Shown here piece after piece: positions 50,951 through 64,000 of a stretch of 64,000 bases of DNA. The stretch comes from Octopus vulgaris. Lineage: Eukaryota. How positions within the stretch are numbered: position 1 is the first letter of the stretch; each line of letters begins with the position of its first letter. Location: the NCBI GenBank assembly GCA_951406725.2, contig OX597830.1:69006001-69070000 (forward strand), in the 5' to 3' direction. Made by a program: the position numbers and the translations under genes. The notes beneath the pieces are model-generated. The model had not been told where the DNA came from. It ran no database searches and saw only the letters and a program-made list of their open reading frames with translations.

Positions 50951-53488
50951 GGAAAATACGCAAGCTGCTGAGTTGTAATAGGATGCACCACCCAAAGGCA
51001 GACGTAGATCGCCTTTACCTTCCCAGAGCCCAAGGAGGTCGAGGCCTGATCCAATTTGAACTAGCTTACAAAACAACCACAATTGGACTGGCCAAATATC
51101 TTGAAATAACGAATGACTGGATGCTAAAGCTCGTGGAAAATCACGAGAGACGAAAGAAGCTTCATTCTATCATAAAGGAAAGCAAAAAATTTACTATTGA
51201 TCTCGTGCAGGATACCCAAACTGAACAACCCGAGGGAAGTATGGCAACTATTGTTGCAAAGAAGGTGAAAATAATGGCAACGAAAAAGCGCACAAGCAAT
51301 TGGCTGATAGGTGGGAGGAGAAACCTCTGCACGGCAAATATGTGGCCCGCAGCAAACAAGCTGATGTTGACCAGAAGCAAACCATCAGTGGCTACGGAGC
51401 TCAGGGCTAAAAGCAGAGAGCGAAGGTTTCATCCTGGCTGCTCAAGATCAAAGCTTATTAACCCGGAACTACCAGGCCAATGTGATGAAAAATGGAGCAG
51501 ACCCAAAATGCCGATTCTGCAACGACATGATTGAAACAGTGGACCACCTAATCTCTGGATGTAAAGTCTTAGCACCAGTGGAGCATAAATTAAGACATGA
51601 CAGAGTTGACCAATATCTACACTGGCTAATAAGTCGGCATTACAATATCAAAACTGCCGACAAGTGGTATAATCACCACCCTGAAGCTGTAATTGAAGGA
51701 GAAAATGTAACGATTCTGTGGGACTTTCCAGTACATACAGACCGAACCATCAAAGCCAATAAACCAGATATTGTTGTGAAAGACCAAAACAATAAAGTTT
51801 GCTTATTGATCGACATGAGCATCCCCTGTGATCATAATATCTCGGCGAAAGAGTTTGACAAGCTCAGAAAATATAAAGACCTACTCATTGAAATTGAGAA
51901 AATGTGGCATCTCAAGGCGGTTACAATACCAGTGATCGTAGGAGCACTAGGAATGATCAAGAAGGGAACCGAAAATTATATGAGAATGATCCCTGGCTTA
52001 CCAAAGATATTTGAAGGGGACAGAATCAAACATTCAGTGATGAAGGAAAGGATCAGAAGAGAATATTACCACAGGGTTAGGGCAATACTCAAGACAGAGC
52101 TGAATGCAAGAAACAGGATCGAAGCAATCAATACTTTAGCCATACTAGTCGTGACTTACAGTTTCAATATCATTAACTGGTCAATTATTGAAATATGTAA
52201 TCTTGACAGAAAAATACGAAAATTGTCGACAATGCATAGAATGCACCACCCTAAATCAGATATAGAACGACTTTACCTGCCAAGAAAAGATGGTGTCTGT
52301 GGACTTTTACAACTGGAATTAACAACTGGAATTTACAACTGGAATTTACAATGAAGATTACCACAATTGGCTTAGACACCTACCTGAAAAACCTGTCTCA
52401 AAGCATGAAAGCGAGAAAGCATCATACTCAGTAACAAAACAGGCAAAAGAATATCTAAGTGAATTCCAAATTCAACAGGTTCCAGAATAAGATATACAAG
52501 AAACAAGCAGAGGAAAAGCTAAGCCTATGAAAACCTGTGCTAAAACTGCTGCTTTAGATATTCTTACTGACAAATGGCAAGAAAAACCTCTCAATGGCAA
52601 ATGCCCAAAGAGAGCTAATAATGCCGATGTTGACAAAGCCCTTACCCATCAATGGCTAATGTCTTCTGGCTTAAATTTAGAAACAGAAGGGTTTATCACA
52701 GTAGCACAAAATCAATGCCTACCTACAAGAAACTACCAGGCCAACACGTCATGTATGTCAACAACAAAACGAAACCATTGATCATGTTGTCTCCATGTGC
52801 AGTCTTCTTGCGCATACAGAGTATCTCAACAGGCTTGAGATATTGATACACAAAATATTCACTGAATGATTTGCAAAAACCTGGACCTGTACTATAATAA
52901 AAACTGGTGGGAACACAAACCACCTCCAGTGCTTGAAAATGATCACATCTCACTCTTCTAGAACTTCACCATTCAAACTGACAGAAAGATAGATGCAAAT
53001 AGGCCAGACTTCAGACAAAAATCATGCCGCCTCATTGATATGACTGTCCCAATCGATGTAAATGTATTTGTCAAGTCATACCTAAAACTGCCCAAGTATA
53101 AAGATCTTGAGGTACAAATTGGCAAACTGTAGAGCCTCAAGACTAAAACAATACCAGTTGTCATAGGTGCCCTATGAATAATAGCAAAAGGGGCTGATTT
53201 TTACCTAGCTCAGGTACCAGGAAACCCAAAAATGGCAGAAATTCAAATGATAGTGCTCATGGGAACTGCCCATGTCCTACATAAAATACAGTCTATGTAA
53301 TCTCAGATGTTAAAACAAACTTATATTTTTTTTGTTTTCTTAAACATTCTCTAGAACAATACTATGTGCAAAACCAAATATATGACACCCTATTCATAAC
53401 ACCAGCATGAACTTCTAACTTGTTTTCTTTTGAGGTCTCTGGATGAGACTTGGAACCAACTTGTACAAATACAAAGCAAAAGTCGAAC

Positions 53489-53521
<33 letters not shown>

Positions 53522-54153
53522 TAATAATAATAATAATAATAATAATCTTATATTCCATCTCTTAAGATTTTTATAAGAGATGCCACAACAATATAGCCAG
53601 GCTTGTCCATTTGACACTTTGCACACTTTGCAACCTGTATGGACTTGACAGAGCAAAAACTTAGTACGACCACAAACCTGAAGGAATTATCGAAAATAGA
53701 AAGGCAAAGATCCTATGGGATTTTATGATTCAGTGCGATCATGAGATTGAGAATAGGAAGCTGGACATGGTCTTAATTAAGAAAGAAGACAATCAATGCT
53801 GGATCATAGACATAGCATGCCCAGCTGACAAGTTATGCGATAAGTAAGAAAGAAAAGTCAAGAGATATGATAGGTTAGCTTGGGAATCTAAGCAGTTGTG
53901 GTCGGTGATAAAAGGTAGCAGTAGTACCAATAATTGTTGGAGCTCTCTGGGAACAGTGAGGAAAAATCTTGAGAAGTACATAGAAGAAATAGGGGCTGCA
54001 ATAAGGGTAGAGCACTTGCAGAAAACAGCACTGCTTGGAACCAGTCGAATACTCCGGAAGGTGCTCAAAAACTAAGAGGTGTTACCTTAGTTCATTGGTA
54101 GTGAACAACTGACAGTGTAGTACATCTCCAGCATTAGAAGCTGTGCAAAGGCA

Positions 54154-54230
<77 letters not shown>

Positions 54231-56110
54231 TGCCCTGATGCAGTACCAGGCAGTGGCTCAGGTGGCTTCGGATCTTAACTGATTGGAAGTGTAATCATGT
54301 ACATTGTATTGTCTTGATATAAAAGATGGGCTACAGCAAATATTCTTCTCAATTTGCTTGTCAGTTGCTTGACCTTAACCAGTTGAGCATGTCCCTTGGT
54401 AGCTGATGATATGTGCATCTCTGATCATGAGCAGAAGTAGTGGGGGTGCATCATAGCCATGTATTGAGAGGAATTCTTTGGGGTTTGAATAATTCACCTC
54501 TGGAAACATTGGTGTTTCGTTCAACATCCTTCAATATTCCTTATTCAGTGACTTTGAGTGGAATGAGCTACTCAATATGAAGAAAATTCTAACTGGGCCC
54601 CACTAGTGAGCTCATGCACTATTTATCATGATATGAGTTCACTATATCACGAACACATATGGTTGTGATGCATGTATCTGGTGTACCCTTATCAGGCGGG
54701 TAGTCATGATGGGTATACTAGGCTTTGTATATTTTATCCCAGTGACATTCTGATGTCATGCACTGCTCTCTCACTCAATAATGATAAACGAATTTTGGTC
54801 TTGGTAAGTGCACTACAGCAACTTTTACAAGTGGCAAGATCAGGCAAACAGCTTCCATGAAATTAGTTACCAATGCTATCATCAAAGAGATTGACTCACA
54901 AGGAAATTACAAATACCTGAGGATAAACAAAGGAGATGGTATAGAACATGCTACTATGACGGAAAAGTATAAGAAAGGAGTATTACAGGAGAATATGACT
55001 CATACTAAAAACTGAATTCAGCTTGAAAAATTGCATTAAAGCCTTTAAGACAGTGGCACTTCCAGCAGTCTAATATAGTTTTAGCATCATTAACTGGTAT
55101 CTTACAAGGCTTCAACACCTGGACTGGAAGACAAATTAGCTACTAACGTCTAAGGACATACACCAACCAAAAGCAGTACCTACCTAGATATAATAGAAGA
55201 GGAATGATGGAGGTAGAACGGTGCTATAAAACTTCCAAAATGGCAATGAACAGGTACTTATCTAGTACAGAGGCTGGACGATTACGCTTCTGTGCAAACA
55301 CGAAAGGAGCAAAAGTTCAAATTCGATTGTCAAGGAAGTTTGGAAATTTGCAAAGGAACTTGGTATTAACCCTGAAATAGATGAAGGATCTGAAACCATT
55401 GCCACAAAACAAGCAAAACAAATCAAGCAGACTGCAAAATGGAACGGGCAGAAACAAATTGAGGAACAGTGCAACCAGAAGCCTCTGTATGTATACTATA
55501 TACTTCGAAGTCAAAATACTGATGTAGACCAATCATCAGCCATCAGTAGCTGGGAAACAGGACTGAAAGCAGAAACTGAATGTTTCATACTGGCAGCACA
55601 AGACCAAAGCTTGCACGTACAAAACTACCAGGCCAAGGTTCTTCAAAATGGTTCTGACCATGAATGCAGATTGTGTGATAGATTTGATGAAACAATAGAC
55701 CATCTCGTCTCGGGTTGCCTTGTGCTGACACCAAACGAAAACAAAATTTATCACGATAGGGTAGGACAGTATTTACATTGGTAAATATAAAAACACTACA
55801 AAATCAGTTCTTTTGCTTACTGATATGAACATCATCCTGAGCCAGTCATTGAAGGTAAAAAAATGTTACTATCCTCTTCAATTTTTCAGTCAACACGGAC
55901 AGAGCGATCCACGTTAATCGACCAGACATAGTCATTAAAGAAAAAGAAGAAAATACTTGTAGACTAATAGATCTAAGTAATCCCACTGATAAAAATTTAT
56001 CTGTAAAAGTATTTGAGAAATTAAGTAAATATAAGTACCCGGTAATTAAAATACAAAAGATGTGGTATCGTATACGAGAACTGTCCTGTCATTGCAACTG
56101 TCAATGGTAT
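50545..56110 (+). mobile_element. Head-to-tail stack of R4/Dong-like RLE LINE 3' fragments punctuated by (TAA)n
   Basis: Fragments ~50545-50895, 50952-52000, 52005-53490, 53575-54155 and 54880-56110 carry HHPK.D..RLYLPR..GGRGL, CCHC, RHD and PD..D motifs. (TAA)n at 50895, 53491 and 54160. Confidence 0.9.
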
Positions 56111-57542
56111 GATAAGAAATTTGAAATCAGAACATGGCAGACGAAATATTACTAAGCATTTCGCCAGACTCGCTAAGGATTCTGCCAGTTCACCAATACT
56201 ACCTATGTGTCAATGCTCCTTTCAAACTATTAAATTGTCTATGTTTGTAGAAATATCTTACCTAAGCTGTGTCAAACATGTCGATGCTCCTCTAAAAAAT
56301 CTAGATTTCTATAAACTTGCTGTATGCTAGAATTTTGGCGAGTTTACCCGCTTCCTCTTTGACCATGCTATCTCTCATTTCTCCTCTCCCACTCGGTCTT
56401 CAATGCTGCTATAAACATTCATACGATAGGATGACTATTGTACGTCTCCCCCCAAAATGCGTAAGCCTGTTATTTCAAACTATGAAATTGTCTACGTTTG
56501 CTAAAACTTTGTGATGTTTATAGATTTTAAAATTACAATATTATGTTCCACACATATATTCCCTTACTGTAGATGCGATATGATGTTTTATCCATATATT
56601 ACTATAGTCTTGTTAAAACTTTGAGATGGTGTCCATAAATTTCCATATCTTACCTATGCTATGTCCAGCGTGTCGATGCTTCTCTCAAAAATCTTGATTT
56701 CTATAAATAAATTTGAGTCATGCTGGAATTTCGGCGAGTTTATCGGCTCCCTCTCGGTCCCTCAGGAGGGAACAAAGCTACTAGAGTTCTGAGTTGCTAC
56801 CTTCAGAAAACCAAATATCCACCTAAACACTTATCAATCTGATAAAAACATAAATAAGGTCGATTACCTCCTCGCAGGTCAATAAGATAGGCAGCTCCTC
56901 ACAAATTAGAATTTTTTTCTAGGTGAAGAGTGTACACACCAACATAGGTTTTAGTTAATGACTTCAGAATTAGTGTTAGAATGAATCGGAGAGATAAAAC
57001 CTATTAGAAAAGGTTATGGACCAAACAAGGAAACAGAAATTTAGAGACATGATAATGGAAGTCTCTGATGTTGAAGTGAAAGAGGAGGTAGGAAAATATA
57101 CCTTAGATGATAATTGGAATTCCTATGGGACAATCTACTGGGGACACAAACCAAATTTGTGGCTGGTGCAAAATCCCAGCTAGGCCGCGGGTGACATGGT
57201 GGTGGAACAAGGAGTTCGACAGTGCTAGAAAAGCACTGACTATCTTCTGCTATCTCCGATGGCACGAGATCGGGATGCAAGAGGTAGGTAAATAGCATTT
57301 GCAAATCTATAATCTAATGGAATATTGCGCTGAAGACGGGAATGAGTTATCTAAAATTCTAACCCAGAAACACGTATGTAACTGACCAAAGACTTTGTTT
57401 TCGTTATTTTTCCTTCTTTTTACATATGTGAGTTACATGTATATGTTATATGTGGAGTTATATTGGTAGAAAATAGAAATAAGCAGTTTTTGAGTGCTAT
57501 TTCTAAATTTTCGGTGTGTGGCTAAGCAACCTGTTGCTTACC

Positions 57543-57574
<32 letters not shown>

Positions 57575-57749
57575 CTAGATGTATATATATATAAAAGTTC
57601 CTACCGATAATGGTTATATTTCCATACCGAAAACTACTCGGTAATAATTGTTGATTTTAAAATTAATAATTATTTACCTTATATTATATTATATATACAT
57701 ACAAAGATACACTCACGTTCATATATATATAGATTAGGATTTGGGTGAA

Positions 57750-60335
57750 TCAGGCATTTAAAGTCATTTCTGTGTTAGACCGAAAAGAGAAGGGGGAGCT
57801 TGGAAGCGAACAAAAATACAGGGCTCTGAACAGCAAGTATAATATTGAAAGAAAGGGCCTGAAAGTGGTAATGGAGGAACTGAAACAGCGCCTCGTTGCA
57901 ATGAAAGCAAAGATGGTAAGATACGACCAAGGAAGGAAGGGATATCATCAGAATAGATTATTCAGAGTAGATCAGAAGAGATTCTATAGAGAAATAAATG
58001 GAGAGTGTACCGAGGAAAAGTTGATACCAGATAACAATGAAAGCCAAAGGTTTTAGAGTGACATCTGGAGCAAAGACAAGGAGCACAAGGGTGCTGGATT
58101 GCTGCAAGAACTGAACTAAACAGTAATCTGTCCAAAACAGGCAGAACTAGTCATTTCAATTAGGGAAGTGAAGGAAATCAGCAAAAAAATGAGCAACTGG
58201 AAGGCCCTAGGACCAGGTGGAGTTCAAGGCTACTGGATCAAAAGATTTGGTGAATGTCATACACGAATAGCTGCACAGCTCAACACCTTGTTAAATGCCA
58301 ACCAAGTAACACCAGAATGGTTGACAATGGGTAGGATAGTGCTGTGCTTGAAAAATATCGGAAAAGACAATACGGTGGACAATTACAGGCTGATATCCTG
58401 TTTGCCACTTATGTGATAATTATTGGCTGGAATAGTTGGAGAGGCAATATACAGACACCCTGAAAAAATGGAGTCCTGCTACATGAGAAGAAGGGTTGCA
58501 AGTGTATGTACAGATGTACTAAGGATCAACTTCTGGTGAACAAAACTGTACTTAGAGACTACAAGAAAAGGAAAACTAACTTAGCCATGTCATGGATCAA
58601 CTATCGTAAGGCATACAATATGATCCCACATTCATGGATCATGGAGTGTATGAACCTATTTGGTATTGCATTGAATGTTGAGCGATTGCTTGGAAAAAGT
58701 ATGGGGAAGTGGGGGACAGACCTGACAGCATATGGAAGAAGTTTATGGACAATAGAAACCAGGAGAGGCATCTTCCAAGGGGACTCCCTGTCCTCACTGA
58801 TCTTTGTAATGTGCATGATACCACTAACACTGATACTGAGGAAACCAAAGACTAGGTATGTATTCAAAGGCCGCCAACAAAAATTCAACCATTTGTTATT
58901 CATGGATGACCTCAAACTTTATGGTAAAGAGGGATCCTAAATCAGTTCTCGTTGATACTTTCAGTGCTGATATCAGAATGGAGTTCAGAATGAAAAAATG
59001 TGGTACATTAGTCTTGAAGAGAGGCAAAATCAAATGTATGGATGGGCTATCTATACCGTCGGGGGAGGTTGGGAAGCAGATAAAAGAGACGAACTTCAGG
59101 ATTGGAAATGGATAAACTGACTGAGAATAAAATGACAGAAAAATTTAAGGTGGAGTACTTGCGCAAACTGAGACTGATCCTTAAGTCTAAATTAAACGGA
59201 CGGAATAAGATTGAAGCTATCAACACGTGGGCGGTTTCACTCCTTAGATATGGAGTAGGGGTAATTGCATGGACAGTACACAAACTAAACACCTTAGGCA
59301 GAAAGACAAGGAAGTTGCTAACTAGATATGGGACATTCCACCCAAAAAGTGACACAGACTGTATGTACCAAAAAAAATGGGGAAAGAGGACTGATTGGAT
59401 GTGAACATAGCATTGGAGCAGAAGAAAACAACATAACATGGTATGTAAAAAATGCCACAGAACTGCGATAATTAGAAGAAGGTCAGGCTTGAGTAGGATG
59501 AAAGATTGCAATGATAAAGCACTGTACAAGCACTTGAGAATGAAAGAAACTGAAAATTGGAGGATAAAGAAAAGAATGCATGGATAATTTCATAGGGATG
59601 TTAAATATAAGATAGACAGAAAAAAGGTGGCTATGGATGACTAAAAGTAATTTAAAACCGGAAACAGAGGCTCTAACCTGTGCTGCCCAAGATCAAGTAT
59701 TTAGAACCAATTACATCAAATACAGAATAGGCAACATATAAAAAGTGGTAAGTGCAGAATTTGTGGACAAAATGATAAAACCGTATGGCATATTACCAGT
59801 CAATGTACGCCACTAGCCCAGAAGGAATATAAAAGACGTCATGACAATATAGCAAGGATTGTCCTTTAGACACTTTGCAACAAGTATGAACTTGACAGGG
59901 CAAAAAATTGGTATGAGCATAAACCCGAAAGCATCATCGAAAATGATAATGCAAAGATCCTGTGAGATTTTATGATTCAGTGCGACCATGAGATAGAGAA
60001 TAGGAAACCAGGCATAGTCTTAATTGAGGAAGACAACAAACTATGCTGGATCGTAGATATAGCACGCCAAGCTGATAACAAGATATGCGATAAGGAAGAA
60101 AAAGTCGATAGATATGCTAGGCTAGCTTGGGAGGGTAAGAAGTTGTAGTCGCTGAAAAACGTATTATTATTTTCGGAGCCCTGAGAAGAGTGAATAAAAA
60201 TCTTCAGGAGTACATGGAACAAATAGGGGCTGCAATGAGGGTGGAGAACTTGCAGAAAACATCACTGCTAGGAACCGCTCAAATACTCCAGATGGGGCTC
60301 GAAAAATAAGGGGTGTTACTTTAGTTCACTGGTAG
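57750..60335 (+). mobile_element. Longest R4/Dong-like LINE copy (RT + RLE), decayed
   Basis: NWKA.GP.GVQGYWIK, GIFQGDSLS, NHLLFMDDLKLY, C.ICG...TV.HI...C, RHD; 3' UTR shared with the 50545 and 53575 copies. Confidence 0.92.
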
Positions 60336-60799
60336 TTCACTGGTAGTTCTTAATTATAATTGCTTTTCATATATCATAAGCATAGTGTTTTGATAAATGT
60401 TTACTATATTTAATAAATAGATATAACATAAAATATTTGTTTCTAACTGTCATAACGTAGAGTTCATATGTTTATTTTTTTACTCTTCTGTTATCCAATT
60501 ATGTCACAAATAGTTGAACACAAAAATTTCATAGATTATGATTCTTCTTAACGTTCTTTTTGTACGTGTTCTTGTATTGGAGATATTTTCTTAGTTCACT
60601 TTGAATTTAACTAGCTTTGGCTCGAATTGAAAACATTGTATTAACATGTATGTTCGGGCAAATAGATTTGAATGATATATTTTGTAGCTAAACATGTTGG
60701 CACAACAGAAACGATCATCAGCTTCTGTAAGGTGAATTCAACGATTAAAAACGGGATTTTCTCTATATCTTTATTGATACACACATCTCTAGACATACA

Positions 60800-63098
<2,299 letters not shown>

Positions 63099-63415
63099 CT
63101 GTTGAAGTGGACGGACGTCTATTTGTTTCTCTCCCAAGTCAGTAGCAAGCTACACAGCTTCAAAACTAACTGACCTTAAATATATATATATTTGTAACCA
63201 CGTGTTTGCCTACAAACCCGTAAGTACGTTTTCATTTAACTACAAATTGTTATATACACCTGTTTTTCTTTTAATATCCTCAAACAACCAAATAATCAAA
63301 AACTCACACCCTTAAGAGAGAACATTTATATATATATACACTTCTTTAACTCCCAAGAAAGAATATATATATATTTTCAAAAATCAAAAGGAAAACAAAC
63401 AAAAGAAAAACAAAC

Positions 63416-64000
63416 ATGACTAACTTGCAGGCCTGCAACAGACGAAATTGGTCTGATAACGAAATTGATGTTTTAATAAACACATGGTTCTCTCTTTCCC
63501 AAACAGAAAATCTAAATGTTTTGTGTTTGAATGAGATTGCCGAAAAAACATCACAAGTGGTCAACACACGATCCGTCAAACAGATTCGAAGCAAGCTGAA
63601 ACATATCGAAGTATCTTTCAAACTGACAAAAGGCCATTATGAAAAGCTTCTTCATATTTTCACAGTTCAAGAACAGCAACAGCTAGAAAATCAGCAGCCA
63701 CAACAACAACAACAACAACAGAATGAGCCACTCCTGGTTCCCAGCACAATGGCTGACCCTAACATCGGTCAAGCACAACAACAACAACAACAGCCACAGC
63801 AACAAGAACAACAACAGCCACTCCTCAACTCTAGCTTACTAGATGATTCACTAAATGCCAGTATCTTTTCACCACTCTCACAGCAACCACCACAATTATC
63901 ATCATCATCACCACCGCTGCCACCATCGTCTTCTATCACCAAAAATACCAACAGAAAACCAAATAAGAAACCACTGCCCTCTTCCCCCACATCACCACCT
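63416..64000 (+). CDS. Myb/SANT-like (trihelix-type) domain followed by polyQ and Pro/Ser-rich region; open to window end (>=195 aa), probably transposon-encoded
   Basis: aaacATG start and no stop to 64000: MTNLQACNRRNWSDNEIDVLINTW...IAEKTSQVVNTRSVKQIRSKLKHI...QQQQ...PPSSS. Missing from the ORF track because it has no stop codon. Confidence 0.7.
   Translation, partial: MTNLQACNRRNWSDNEIDVLINTWFSLSQTENLNVLCLNEIAEKTSQVVNTRSVKQIRSKLKHIEVSFKLTKGHYEKLLHIFTVQEQQQLENQQPQQQQQQQNEPLLVPSTMADPNIGQAQQQQQQPQQQEQQQPLLNSSLLDDSLNASIFSPLSQQPPQLSSSSPPLPPSSSITKNTNRKPNKKPLPSSPTSPP

Noticed and set aside
56255-56760. Diverged ~100-bp direct repeats (56255-56360 and 56647-56755)
   Set aside because: Old, low-identity repeats with no coding or structural signal I could support.
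63769-63990. Cys-rich metallothionein-like ORF on the minus strand
   Set aside because: Antisense reading of the (CAA/CAG) polyQ tract of the + strand ORF.

Overview
AT-rich, microsatellite-laden eukaryotic DNA. The SINE/LINE repertoire and the (TA)n/(TAA)n content suggest a coleoid cephalopod, probably Octopus (inference). One host gene is recognisable: a + strand TRPM-family cation channel whose N-terminal MHR1/2 (SLOG) region is spread over small exons at 17958-17995, 19773-19857 (duplicated at 25501-25585), 28952-29132, 34679-34841 (1-nt frameshift), 43763-43937 and 48284-48393. Most of these exons are absent from the ORF track, and the gene continues beyond the window. The introns are filled with RTE LINEs, R4/Dong-like restriction-endonuclease LINEs stacked in (TAA)n, Penelope-like elements (GIY-YIG, RT), tRNA-derived SINEs, a Tc1/mariner relic and a Helitron end. 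Highlights: (1) about ten type I hammerhead-ribozyme motifs in Penelope-like tails, several built as inverted-repeat cassettes, one preceded by a tRNA-like Pol III head; (2) a 3.2-kb duplication bracketing an RTE insertion, which duplicates an 85-nt frame-asymmetric TRPM exon (candidate nascent mutually exclusive exons); (3) a ~650-bp near-perfect intronic inverted repeat; (4) an unlisted Myb/SANT-like, polyQ ORF running off the window end. Most ORFs in the track are microsatellite or antisense-TE artefacts. All calls were made by eye; TE boundaries are approximate.
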